Origin: Staphylococcus phage S6
Sequence record: LC680885.1
DNA length: 64,000 nt
Strand: one strand, 5' to 3'
The notes beneath the pieces are model-generated. The model did not search any database. It saw nothing but the letters and a program-made list of their open reading frames with translations, and was not told the DNA's origin. Shown piece after piece: positions 27,462-36,086 of the stretch (position 1 is its first letter; each line of letters opens with the position of its first letter). A program made the position numbers and the translations under genes.

Positions 27462-27941
27462 ATGGAAAAATATTATAGATTAACTTTAGAGGGTGTTAGT
27501 TTTATTTTAAATGATTGTGAAGAAAACGATATAGTTAAATCAACTTATAATGAAGATGAAAATTATGTACATTTAGAATCTTTATTAAATGTAGGAATGC
27601 CTTATGAAACTATATATTTTAAAGATAGACATAAAATAGTATTTAAAGAAAATGAAAATATATTCAAGACATTGATAAATTCAATTAAAAATAAATATTA
27701 TGACTTTGATGATAAAAATATGGAATTTCAAGTAGGCATTGGTGATGATGAAATAAAGGTCAAATCACCGATGCCAGTATTTTCTAAAGTGAATATATTT
27801 AATTTTAAAGTTAATAAAGAAATGGACATTATTGATTTTATGGACAATTATAAAATTAATGTATTAATTAAAGATAAGCATTACATTGAAATTACTGAAA
27901 AAGAATATAAAAATATTATAATTAAAAATACATTTAAATAA
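27462..27941 (+). CDS. YK-tail family member A3
   Basis: Tail TEKEYKNIIIKNTFK. Confidence 0.55.
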   Translation: MEKYYRLTLEGVSFILNDCEENDIVKSTYNEDENYVHLESLLNVGMPYETIYFKDRHKIVFKENENIFKTLINSIKNKYYDFDDKNMEFQVGIGDDEIKVKSPMPVFSKVNIFNFKVNKEMDIIDFMDNYKINVLIKDKHYIEITEKEYKNIIIKNTFK

Positions 27942-27957
27942 TAAGGAGATTTTATAA

Positions 27958-28416
27958 TTGAAATATTATGAATTTAATAAAAAAGGAATTATTAAAATAT
28001 TAGGATTAGATACAGCTTATTTAAGAGAAGATGAAGATATTTTTAGAGAAGGAAATCTTTATTTAAAAGAAAATGAATCAATAAAAATAAAAGATATTAT
28101 AACAAATAAAAAAGATATGAAATTTAATTGCAGTCTTTATGAAGGATCTGAAGATAGCTCATTAATGAAAGCTAATTTAACTTTCAGACATGGGTCAGGG
28201 CAACTTTTATTGAATATTGAATATATTGATTTAAAAGAAATAAAAGATCACACTGTTGAAGAAGTTTACAAATACGCTAAAGATTTAGTTTTAAATAAAA
28301 CATTTTCTTTTAATAAAGCTGAAGAGCTTGGTATATGTTTATATGAAGGAAAAGAATATGAAGAAATTACTGAGGAAGAATATAAAAAATACAAAGTAGA
28401 AAATACTTTTAAATAA
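27958..28416 (+). CDS. YK-tail family member A4 (TTG start)
   Basis: aaggagattttataaTTG. Tail TEEEYKKYKVENTFK. Confidence 0.55.
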   Translation: MKYYEFNKKGIIKILGLDTAYLREDEDIFREGNLYLKENESIKIKDIITNKKDMKFNCSLYEGSEDSSLMKANLTFRHGSGQLLLNIEYIDLKEIKDHTVEEVYKYAKDLVLNKTFSFNKAEELGICLYEGKEYEEITEEEYKKYKVENTFK

Positions 28417-28436
28417 TGAAATGAGGTGTTATTGTT

Positions 28437-28886
28437 ATGGACAAATATTATAAATTAACAGCGGAAGGTATATTTGATGTTTTCAAATTAGATAAAAAAC
28501 ACATTATATTCCCAGAAGATAAAAATACAATAATAGATTTCAGATCAAAGGAAGAACGTATAGAGAAAATTAATGAACTTATATACTTTAAAGATAATCA
28601 AGAAATAACAATAAACTCATTATCTAATTTAACAGACAATATCGTAATAGATAAATCAGGTTCTAAATATACATTTAACCATTTAATAGAAATATCATTC
28701 ACTACTTTTAGTCATAAAAAAAGATATAACAAAACAATCAATGTACCGAATGTATTTAAAGGAACTGTAAGAGAAAATAGTAGTAGAAGTGCCTTAGATA
28801 TACCGATAGATATCAACAATATTGATAAAATAGAATTAACATTTAAAGAATATAAAGATCTAGTAATAAAAGAAACTTTTAAATAA
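28437..28886 (+). CDS. YK-tail family member A5
   Basis: Tail TFKEYKDLVIKETFK. Confidence 0.55.
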   Translation: MDKYYKLTAEGIFDVFKLDKKHIIFPEDKNTIIDFRSKEERIEKINELIYFKDNQEITINSLSNLTDNIVIDKSGSKYTFNHLIEISFTTFSHKKRYNKTINVPNVFKGTVRENSSRSALDIPIDINNIDKIELTFKEYKDLVIKETFK

Positions 28887-28902
28887 TAAGGAGATTTTAT
28901 AA

Positions 28903-29352
28903 TTGAAATATTATAAATTAAATAAGGATGGTTATATTAAATTTTTAGGGTTAGATGTTTTGCCTGGACTTAAAACCTCAATTGTTGAAAAAGAAATAAA
29001 AAATAAAAACTTCATTGTCAAATATTGCAATGGAGCAGATTTTTGTTTTACATTAGATGAAATTAATAAAATGAAAAACAAAGATATTTACCCTAAACTT
29101 GGATTTGAAAGTCTAACTGAAAAAGTTAATCATGAAATAGAAAATAATCCAATAGTATTTGTTAATAGAAAATATGAAGATGCTAAAGCTTTAATTCATG
29201 TAGATTTAATTATTAATAATGAAGAAACTACATTAATGACTATGCCAAGATTTAATATTAATTTTTTAAATCATAATTTGTATATGGAACACTTTGATGA
29301 AATAACAGAGAAACAGTATAAAAATATTATGGTAAAAGATTCATTTAAGTAA
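28903..29352 (+). CDS. YK-tail family member A6 (TTG start)
   Basis: Tail TEKQYKNIMVKDSFK. Confidence 0.55.
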   Translation: MKYYKLNKDGYIKFLGLDVLPGLKTSIVEKEIKNKNFIVKYCNGADFCFTLDEINKMKNKDIYPKLGFESLTEKVNHEIENNPIVFVNRKYEDAKALIHVDLIINNEETTLMTMPRFNINFLNHNLYMEHFDEITEKQYKNIMVKDSFK

Positions 29353-29367
29353 AACTCAATTTAAATA

Positions 29368-29377
29368 TATATTATAA
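29368..29377 (+). promoter_or_regulatory. TATATTATAA motif
   Basis: Exact 10-mer, then hairpin gaaagatgtat...atacatctttc. Confidence 0.35.
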
Positions 29378-29446
29378 AATTGTGAAAGATGTATGATACT
29401 TATACATCTTTCTAAAATATTTATTTAAAGAGAGGTGAAAAAGATA

Positions 29447-29863
29447 ATGAGTTCTAATTTTGATTATTATATATTGCAATCGAGTATTTCAGAAGCTAGA
29501 AAAAGGATTAAGAATAATCTAGATGTAAATGGATATATGGTTATAAGACAAATATTTTTCAGTCATTTAGATTATAAAGATTATTATAATATGTATCATA
29601 AAGTAAATAATGTAGAAGATTATTACAATGATATTATATTAGAAAGTATTAAGGATATTATATTTGATGAAGAAGGTAAACTTAATGAAGAAGTAGCATT
29701 TAGTTTAATTAGAGGTTCTAATTCGAATATATGTGCTTTAATTAAAGATAATAAAGGCAATTACAAAATTTATAAAAAAGATAAATATGTAATTAAAGCT
29801 ATAGAAGATTTATTATCTGAGAAAGATTATAAAAGAATATTGGTTAAAAATACTTTTAAATAA
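29447..29863 (+). CDS. YK-tail family member A7 (divergent N-terminus)
   Basis: SD agaggtga followed by ATG 29447. Tail SEKDYKRILVKNTFK. The track starts at GTG 29435. Confidence 0.5.
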   Translation: MSSNFDYYILQSSISEARKRIKNNLDVNGYMVIRQIFFSHLDYKDYYNMYHKVNNVEDYYNDIILESIKDIIFDEEGKLNEEVAFSLIRGSNSNICALIKDNKGNYKIYKKDKYVIKAIEDLLSEKDYKRILVKNTFK

Positions 29864-29929
29864 TTTGAAAGTGAATGCAACTTACTTTTATTATATTACA
29901 AGTGAGAGTTGGTGATTTTATTGATAAAA

Positions 29930-30574
29930 ATGCATTTAATAAACTTTCAAAAAAGGTCTATGAATAGTTATAAGAAGAATTTAAACACAATTGTACTTTT
30001 CATAGATTATGATAAAAATATTTTCAACCAAATTAATAATCAATTAGTTATAGATGTATTAGGTAATGATACTATAAGATTAAATAATGCTAATTATTCA
30101 TTAATGTTAGATGAGAAGATTTTTAGTTCTGAAAGGACAACAATTGATTTCTATAATAAAATAGTAAATAATGATATATTAAATATTATTAAAGAAAATA
30201 TATCTAATGTAGATAATTATTCTAAATTAAAAGAAATCAATAATATGACTGATAGTGAATTTAATGATATTATTAATAAAGATAATTTATTTAAATGTCA
30301 AAATAAATACTTCAGTATGAATAAAATACCTTATATAGAAAAAGAAATACCTGAAAGTTTTTATCTAGATCATTTTAAAGAGATTAATTTAGATTTTATA
30401 TTTGAGAAGCTTTTTGAAGAGAATAGAGAAGATGAAGAAAAATTAAAGTACGTTTATACTTTAGCTGAATTATTTCTAACACTCAAACAAGGTAAGAATA
30501 TATTTTATAATTATAATAAAGAGGTAGATAAGAAATATTATAGATCTATATTTATAAATTCTTTATTTAATTAA
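29930..30574 (+). CDS. Hypothetical protein
   Basis: The start is uncertain. The track uses 29909; ATG 29930 is also possible. SD is weak. Confidence 0.4.
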   Translation: MHLINFQKRSMNSYKKNLNTIVLFIDYDKNIFNQINNQLVIDVLGNDTIRLNNANYSLMLDEKIFSSERTTIDFYNKIVNNDILNIIKENISNVDNYSKLKEINNMTDSEFNDIINKDNLFKCQNKYFSMNKIPYIEKEIPESFYLDHFKEINLDFIFEKLFEENREDEEKLKYVYTLAELFLTLKQGKNIFYNYNKEVDKKYYRSIFINSLFN

Positions 30575-30599
30575 TATGATAAGAAAGGAGAGAAATAAT

Positions 30600-30893
30600 A
30601 TGAAGAAAATATACGGATTTAAAATAAAATATAATAAAAAAGTGGTAGATACTTTCACTTTTGAAAGTTTTGAAGAAGCTATGAATAAACTAGAATTATC
30701 ATTATTAGAAATTTATGACTCAGAAGATTTTACAACTATGCAATTAATTTTAAACACATATGACATTGAAGAAATTAATGAAGATAGTTTTAAAGATAAA
30801 TTAAGACTAAATCATCTTAATCACATTAAGAATTTTAGTATTGAATTGTTTTCTAAATATATTAACAATAATAAGGAAGAAGGAATTGCGTAA
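30600..30893 (+). CDS. Hypothetical protein
   Basis: SD aaaggagag followed by ATG 30600. The track start 30576 lies upstream of the SD. Confidence 0.5.
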   Translation: MKKIYGFKIKYNKKVVDTFTFESFEEAMNKLELSLLEIYDSEDFTTMQLILNTYDIEEINEDSFKDKLRLNHLNHIKNFSIELFSKYINNNKEEGIA

Positions 30894-31108
30894 TGTTCGA
30901 GGAAAGTAAAGTACCATTTTCATTTATTTATAAAGAAACTAAATACTTCTTACACAGAAGAAATATTAAGAATTTCCCTAATGGAGATTCTGAATTCTTA
31001 TTGTATGGAGATGAAAATGGGAAGTCATTCATAATAGAAGAAAGTAAATTAGAAAACTTAATTGAACAACATGAAGTTGAAGTATCTTACGAAGAAGATA
31101 TTATTTAA
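30893..31108 (+). CDS. Hypothetical small protein
   Basis: ATG overlaps the upstream stop (gcgtaATG). Confidence 0.45.
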   Translation: MFEESKVPFSFIYKETKYFLHRRNIKNFPNGDSEFLLYGDENGKSFIIEESKLENLIEQHEVEVSYEEDII

Positions 31109-31112
31109 ATAT

Positions 31113-31123
31113 ATATTATTAAA
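31113..31123 (+). promoter_or_regulatory. TATATTATtAA variant motif
   Basis: Precedes conserved hairpin copy 4. Confidence 0.3.
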
Positions 31124-31125
31124 TT

Positions 31126-31163
31126 GAGGTAATGACATACAATTTGTCATTACCTCTAATATA
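31126..31163 (+). repeat. Conserved hairpin element, copy 4
   Basis: gaggtaatgaca-tacaatt-tgtcattacctc-taatata. Confidence 0.7.
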
Positions 31164-31189
31164 TTAAACAATCAAAGGAGAAAACGATC

Positions 31190-31573
31190 ATGAAGAAATT
31201 TTTAGTATTACCATTATTATTCGTTTTATTATTAACAGGGTGCTCTCAAGCTGATAAAGTTAGTCAGAATATGTCTGAAGAGTCAGATAATTTTAATGTA
31301 GTTAGAAAAGTAACTGTCATTAATGCAATTAAAAATGACATAATATTCCAAATGTCTGGACGTATGTCTATTAAAGCAGATAATGAGGATAACCAATTAG
31401 AAATAGTTGTAGAAAATGAAGATGGCAAATATCAGAAACATATCATTGGTTTATCTGATAATGTTTCATATACTGTTGAAGATGTTACAACTAAAAATGT
31501 AAGTAAATATCAATATGAAATTAATTATAATCCTAAAATGTGGATCCCTGCAAAACCAGATTATAAAGATTAA
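31190..31573 (+). CDS. Lipoprotein
   Basis: Lipobox LLLTGC|SQ. SD aaaggagaaaacgatcATG. Confidence 0.65.
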   Translation: MKKFLVLPLLFVLLLTGCSQADKVSQNMSEESDNFNVVRKVTVINAIKNDIIFQMSGRMSIKADNEDNQLEIVVENEDGKYQKHIIGLSDNVSYTVEDVTTKNVSKYQYEINYNPKMWIPAKPDYKD

Positions 31574-31598
31574 TATAATAGAATGGAGAGTATGATTT

Positions 31599-31895
31599 AT
31601 GTCTAAGAAAAAGAAATTAGAAAAAAGACTTAATGTAAGAATTAATCAAGAACAAAAGAAAGCTATTTTAAAACGTGAAGATATCGATAGAATGGATTTT
31701 GAGTTCATTACATTAGATAAAGAGAAACATGATGAAGAAGAAAAATTTGATATCAAAGTAAAATCTAACGATAAGTTTTCTCTAATTATCATTATTAAAT
31801 TCTTTTCTAAATTGTTGAATTTTAGTATTAAAAGAGATAAGAAAAAAGAAGATATAAAAGACGGTAATGAAGATTCTAATTTAGATAAAGAATAA
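31599..31895 (+). CDS. Small basic/acidic Lys/Glu-rich protein
   Basis: SD aatggagag. Confidence 0.5.
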   Translation: MSKKKKLEKRLNVRINQEQKKAILKREDIDRMDFEFITLDKEKHDEEEKFDIKVKSNDKFSLIIIIKFFSKLLNFSIKRDKKKEDIKDGNEDSNLDKE

Positions 31896-31902
31896 TAAAA
31901 AT

Positions 31903-31948
31903 GCCATAATACACTTAAATTGTGTATTATGGCAAATTATTTATTTTT
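31903..31948. terminator. Bidirectional terminator between convergent genes
   Basis: Stem gccataatacac/gtgtattatggc, flanked by a T-run on the plus strand (aaattatttattttt) and an A/T-run on the minus strand. Confidence 0.65.
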
Positions 31949-32243
31949 CAGGTTTAAAACGGTCTTTAAGTCTAGGATATAGACGTAGATGCGCTTTACG
32001 AGTAGGATCTGTAACAACAATTTGATTTGTTCTAGGATTTCTACGTTTACGCATATCTTCAGGTTTAACTTCAAGGACACCAATTTCAGGGATAATAGTT
32101 TTAGTTTGATCAGCATCATTTGCAGATTCAACAATTATTTCTATCATCTCATTATAAGCATCAACTAGTTCTCTTTGTGTTAATCCAGTACGTCTAGACC
32201 ATTCTCTAAAGAAGTGTTTTTGATCTTGAATTTGATTTAGCAT
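31941..32243 (-). CDS. HU/IHF-family DNA-binding protein (histone-like; TF1-like)
   Basis: GLTQRELVDAYNEMIEII...IPEIGVLEVKPEDMRKRRNPRTNQIVVTDPTRKAHLRLYPRLKD matches the HU beta-arm region (R-x-G-R-N-P-x-T). This is the only minus-strand gene within the plus-strand block. Confidence 0.75.
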   Translation of the reverse strand: MLNQIQDQKHFFREWSRRTGLTQRELVDAYNEMIEIIVESANDADQTKTIIPEIGVLEVKPEDMRKRRNPRTNQIVVTDPTRKAHLRLYPRLKDRFKPEK

Positions 32244-32325
32244 TTTATTAGTTCCTTTCCATATAATATATTTTTAATTTTTTTAGAAAATTGTTAATAT
32301 TTTACTAGCTTTTTTCTAAATTTTA

Positions 32326-32334
32326 TGATATAAT
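32326..32334 (+). promoter_or_regulatory. Extended -10-like element TGaTATAAT upstream of the RNAP beta-N/beta'-N operon
   Basis: tatgatataat lies ~100 nt upstream of TTG 32435, in a divergent intergenic region. No TATATTATAA motif on the plus strand here. Confidence 0.3.
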
Positions 32335-32434
32335 ATTGTTATGGAATTTCATAGTTGTAAAAAAATAATTTTTTGCAATAACTTAAATTTTTATATGGTT
32401 TCGAATTTTTAATTATAAGGAGAGTCAGATATCG

Positions 32435-34057
32435 TTGGGTAATTATTTAAGAAAAATTACGAAGAATATACAAGATGAGGTCAGTACAAAAGAGTCATTT
32501 AATGAGGATGTAATATACTTTAGGGAGAATGAAAACCTAGAAGATATTATATCTGATATTTACAAATCAGTAGAATTTATTAAAGGCGTAAAATTCATTG
32601 ATTGTAAAGTTGTTCCTCCAAGTGAAGTTTATGAGTACAATCAAATGACAGACAAACAATTTAAAGCAAGAGATTTTAGAAAAATCAACGTAGAAGAATC
32701 AAAACTATTAGAAGTTCAAATTACTGTAGAATTTGAATCAGCTGAAGGGGAAAAAGAATTATACACACATAAATTAGATTTCCCTGAACTTATAGAAGGT
32801 CAGTATTATTATATTAATGATAATAAGTTCTTCCCTATCTTACAATTAGCTGATACTGAATTCTATAAACCTAAAGCAAGTACAGTAGTAATGAAAAACT
32901 TATTACAACCATTATCAGTAAATGGTTCTAAAAAAGATGAACTTATTGATGATGATAAGAAAATGCCTAAGAAGTTAAGAGGTAGAACATTATACTTAGA
33001 AGTATTTAATAAAAATAAACCTGTTCCAGCATTTTTATTCTTTATTGCTAAAATGGGTCTAGATGAAACATTTGAATTCTTAGATATTAAAGAATATTGT
33101 GAATTAGTAGATACCAACGATGAAAAAGATGATGAACACTACTATTTTAGAATTAATAATAAAATAACTATTCAAGTTGATAAAGAATGGTTAGATCAAG
33201 ACGATAGATATAGAACTTCTATGGTCTTATGTATTAAAGATTTATTTAAAGGTATGAGAGCAGGATTAGATAAAGTATATGATAAAGAATTCTGGCTTAA
33301 GAATTTAGGATCTGTATTTAGTGGTTCTACTAACGTTGACACTAAAATTGAAAAATCTAATTCTATGATTTTATCATTTGATAGAATTTTAGATAGTCGT
33401 ACTAAAAATATTTCTAGATTAGATCCAGAAGATAAAGAATCAACTTATCATGTAGTTAAATACATGTTTAAAAACTTTGATAATCTTAATTTATTAGATA
33501 ATACAGATTTAGCTAATAAACGTTTAAGAGTATTAGAATACTTAACTTATCCACTGAATAGAAAGAACTCTGATACATCTTATCGTATGATTAATTTCAC
33601 AGATAAGAAACGTACAATTAAAAATCTTAAAGGATTATTCTCAGGTGTACCTCGTGATTTCTTATTAAAAACTATAGGAACATCTGAAGGAATTAGATAT
33701 TCCAATGCAGTTAATACAATTGACTTATTTACTAGAATTCTTAAAATGACTAAAGCAGGTCCACAAACTGCTGTTGATACTAGTAAACCATCTATTAGAA
33801 CTATTAATATCAATAATACTTATTTCGGTAGAATTGATTTAATAGCAACATCTTCAAACAATCCAGGTATTACACGTACATTAACACCATTCTGTGAGGT
33901 TAAAGATCCTGGTGAGAATGGTTCATTCTATTTTGAAAATAAACCTAACATCAGAGAAAATATTGACACAGATAATTTAGATAAACTAGAGAAAGAATCT
34001 GAAGACAATGAAGTTGTATTAGATATTAAAGAAATTGTAGAAGAGGATGACGAATAA
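32435..34057 (+). CDS. Multisubunit RNA polymerase beta subunit, N-terminal fragment (split beta)
   Basis: [25 protein letters not shown] resembles beta [46 protein letters not shown] resembles [31 protein letters not shown] resembles [20 protein letters not shown]. TTG start with SD aaggagag. Confidence 0.7.
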   Translation: [540 protein letters not shown]

Positions 34058-35367
34058 TGGCTAGATTTTTACTTAAGAATAAAGACTTATCAAAATTACC
34101 AGTAGTAACAAATCATGAATCAATTGATAAGAAAGGTGATTTCACTGAAGACGGTATCTTCAGTGAGAAAATCTTTGGACCTGATTCAGATGTAGATAAT
34201 ATTACAAATGAAGCTATAGTTTATTTAGGTAATAACTATATTATTACACCTTTAGGATATGACAGAATTAAAAAATTAATAGGTAGAAAAAGATTTGCTG
34301 AAATTATTAGTTCTGAAAAACCTATTGATGAAAATGGTAATGTAATTGAACCAGAAGATGACCATAATTCATATATTGGTTTAGTTGAATTTAGAAAGAA
34401 CTTCTTAAAGATTCTTAAAGAAGAAGTTAAACGTGATAAACGTAAAACTAAAGATTACAATAGAGTTGTTCAATGGTATTTAAATGGAACATTATTCCAA
34501 AATTATGTAACTGTATTTAGTCCTAAATTAAGACCGGCTACAGTTAATAAAGCAACTAAGACATTTAGACATTCAGAAATTAATAAAGAATTTAATTTAT
34601 TAATTGCTCATAGTAATAGTCTTAAAGAATTAGATGAACATTATACAGATGATTCAGTTGAACTACAAAAGTTAAACCTACTTAATAAAATTCAAGATGA
34701 CAACATGAATATCTATGATCGTATTATCAATGAAAACATTAAAGGTAAAATGGGTACTATTCGTAAATTAATTATGGGTAGTCGTGTAGGATATTCAGCT
34801 CGTTCAGTAATTGTTCCAGCTCCTGATTTAAAATTAAATGAAATTAGAATGAATTATACAATCTTCTTAGAAATATACAAACCACTATTAGCTAATTTAA
34901 TGTATGTAACGGAAAATATTCCATTACCTAAAGCAGAAGAAATATTAGGTAGAGCTTTAGATAACTTTAATCCTAAAGTATATAAATATATGAAAGAATT
35001 AGTTAACAAAACTGAAGGTGGAATGAGAGTAATTTTGAACCGAAATCCATCTATCTCAGAATCATCAGTTCAAATATTAAAAATTAAAGATATCATTAGT
35101 GATATTGACTCAGCTGTAGTAGGTATTAGTAATAATATACTTGCAGGTATGGGTGCTGACTATGATGGAGACACATTGAATATTATAGCTCTCTTCTCAG
35201 AAGAGCAATATGATATGTTAAAAGTACAAGATCCAGTCAATCAATTAATATCATATAATGATGGTCTATTTAATAGAACTTATTCACTTAATAAAGACTC
35301 ACAGATTGCAGTTTATTTATTAAATAATCCTAAATCAAAAGATGTAAGTATAAAAGCTAGTAAATAG
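34057..35367 (+). CDS. Multisubunit RNA polymerase beta' subunit, N-terminal fragment (up to ~70 aa past the catalytic DFDGD)
   Basis: DGIFSEKIFGP resembles beta' DGLFCARIFGP. GSRVGYSARSVI resembles GKRVDYSGRSVI. GADYDGDTLNI resembles NADFDGDQM. ATG overlaps the upstream stop (translational coupling). Confidence 0.8.
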   Translation: MARFLLKNKDLSKLPVVTNHESIDKKGDFTEDGIFSEKIFGPDSDVDNITNEAIVYLGNNYIITPLGYDRIKKLIGRKRFAEIISSEKPIDENGNVIEPEDDHNSYIGLVEFRKNFLKILKEEVKRDKRKTKDYNRVVQWYLNGTLFQNYVTVFSPKLRPATVNKATKTFRHSEINKEFNLLIAHSNSLKELDEHYTDDSVELQKLNLLNKIQDDNMNIYDRIINENIKGKMGTIRKLIMGSRVGYSARSVIVPAPDLKLNEIRMNYTIFLEIYKPLLANLMYVTENIPLPKAEEILGRALDNFNPKVYKYMKELVNKTEGGMRVILNRNPSISESSVQILKIKDIISDIDSAVVGISNNILAGMGADYDGDTLNIIALFSEEQYDMLKVQDPVNQLISYNDGLFNRTYSLNKDSQIAVYLLNNPKSKDVSIKASK

Positions 35368-35374
35368 ATTTTTT

Positions 35375-35410
35375 AGAATAACGGTCTTATCAGATCGTTA
35401 TTCTTATTAA
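35375..35410 (+). terminator. Terminator hairpin after beta'-N
   Basis: gaataacggtc...gatcgttattc followed by ttattaaat. Confidence 0.45.
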
Positions 35411-35435
35411 ATAAATATGACTGGAGACATTGACC

Positions 35436-36068
35436 ATGAACAAAAGACAAAGAAAGAAATTAGAGAAGAAAAAATTAGAAGAACAAAGTAACGAAAAAAT
35501 TATAGATTTGCCAAAATTAAAAGAAGAAAAGGATGAAGTTAAAATGAATAAAGAAGTTAAAAGAGAAGGATCTTACAAGAAATTAACTAAGGAACAAGTA
35601 CATTATATTGCAGAATTAATTGACAAAGGACACGGAAACACTTATATTTTAAAAGAACTTAAAGCTAAGTTTGGTATTGACCGTAAATCACATTCAATCA
35701 CACATATTAGACGTGGTGAACATCCTACATTTAAAGCACTTACAGATGACAATTATCACTTTGCTGAAGTGGGATATCCTACATTTAATGAATACAAAAA
35801 GATTTTACGTGGAGAAGTTAAACCTAAAAGTAAAACACGTGTAAAAGCTGAAGAAAAGGTTAATAAAGTAAAAGAATCACCAGTAGTAGAAAAAGTATCT
35901 AATGTTACAGAAGAAAAAGTAGAACAAGTAAAAGAAAAAATGAGTAATATTCAAAAAGATAAAGAAACTGGTAAAGAATATCGTGATAAAGAAAGTATTC
36001 ATAAAGCAGGTAAACCTCAAGAAACTATCTTTGATAAGATTATCAAACGTGTTTTAAATATTTTATAA
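35436..36068 (+). CDS. Basic DNA-binding-like protein; HTH-like domain paralogous to 12445..13053
   Basis: Lys-rich N- and C-termini around a shared central domain. The track start is TTG 35430. Confidence 0.5.
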   Translation: MNKRQRKKLEKKKLEEQSNEKIIDLPKLKEEKDEVKMNKEVKREGSYKKLTKEQVHYIAELIDKGHGNTYILKELKAKFGIDRKSHSITHIRRGEHPTFKALTDDNYHFAEVGYPTFNEYKKILRGEVKPKSKTRVKAEEKVNKVKESPVVEKVSNVTEEKVEQVKEKMSNIQKDKETGKEYRDKESIHKAGKPQETIFDKIIKRVLNIL

Positions 36069-36086
36069 TAGAAAAGATGATAAGAA

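Noticed and set aside
31937-32134. Minus-strand ORF overlapping the HU gene in another frame
   Set aside because: The HU frame has clear family motifs and this one does not.
32244-32434. A -35 element for the TGaTATAAT box
   Set aside because: The candidate -35 hexamers (ttgtta, tttact) are spaced wrongly. Only the extended -10 is credible from sequence.
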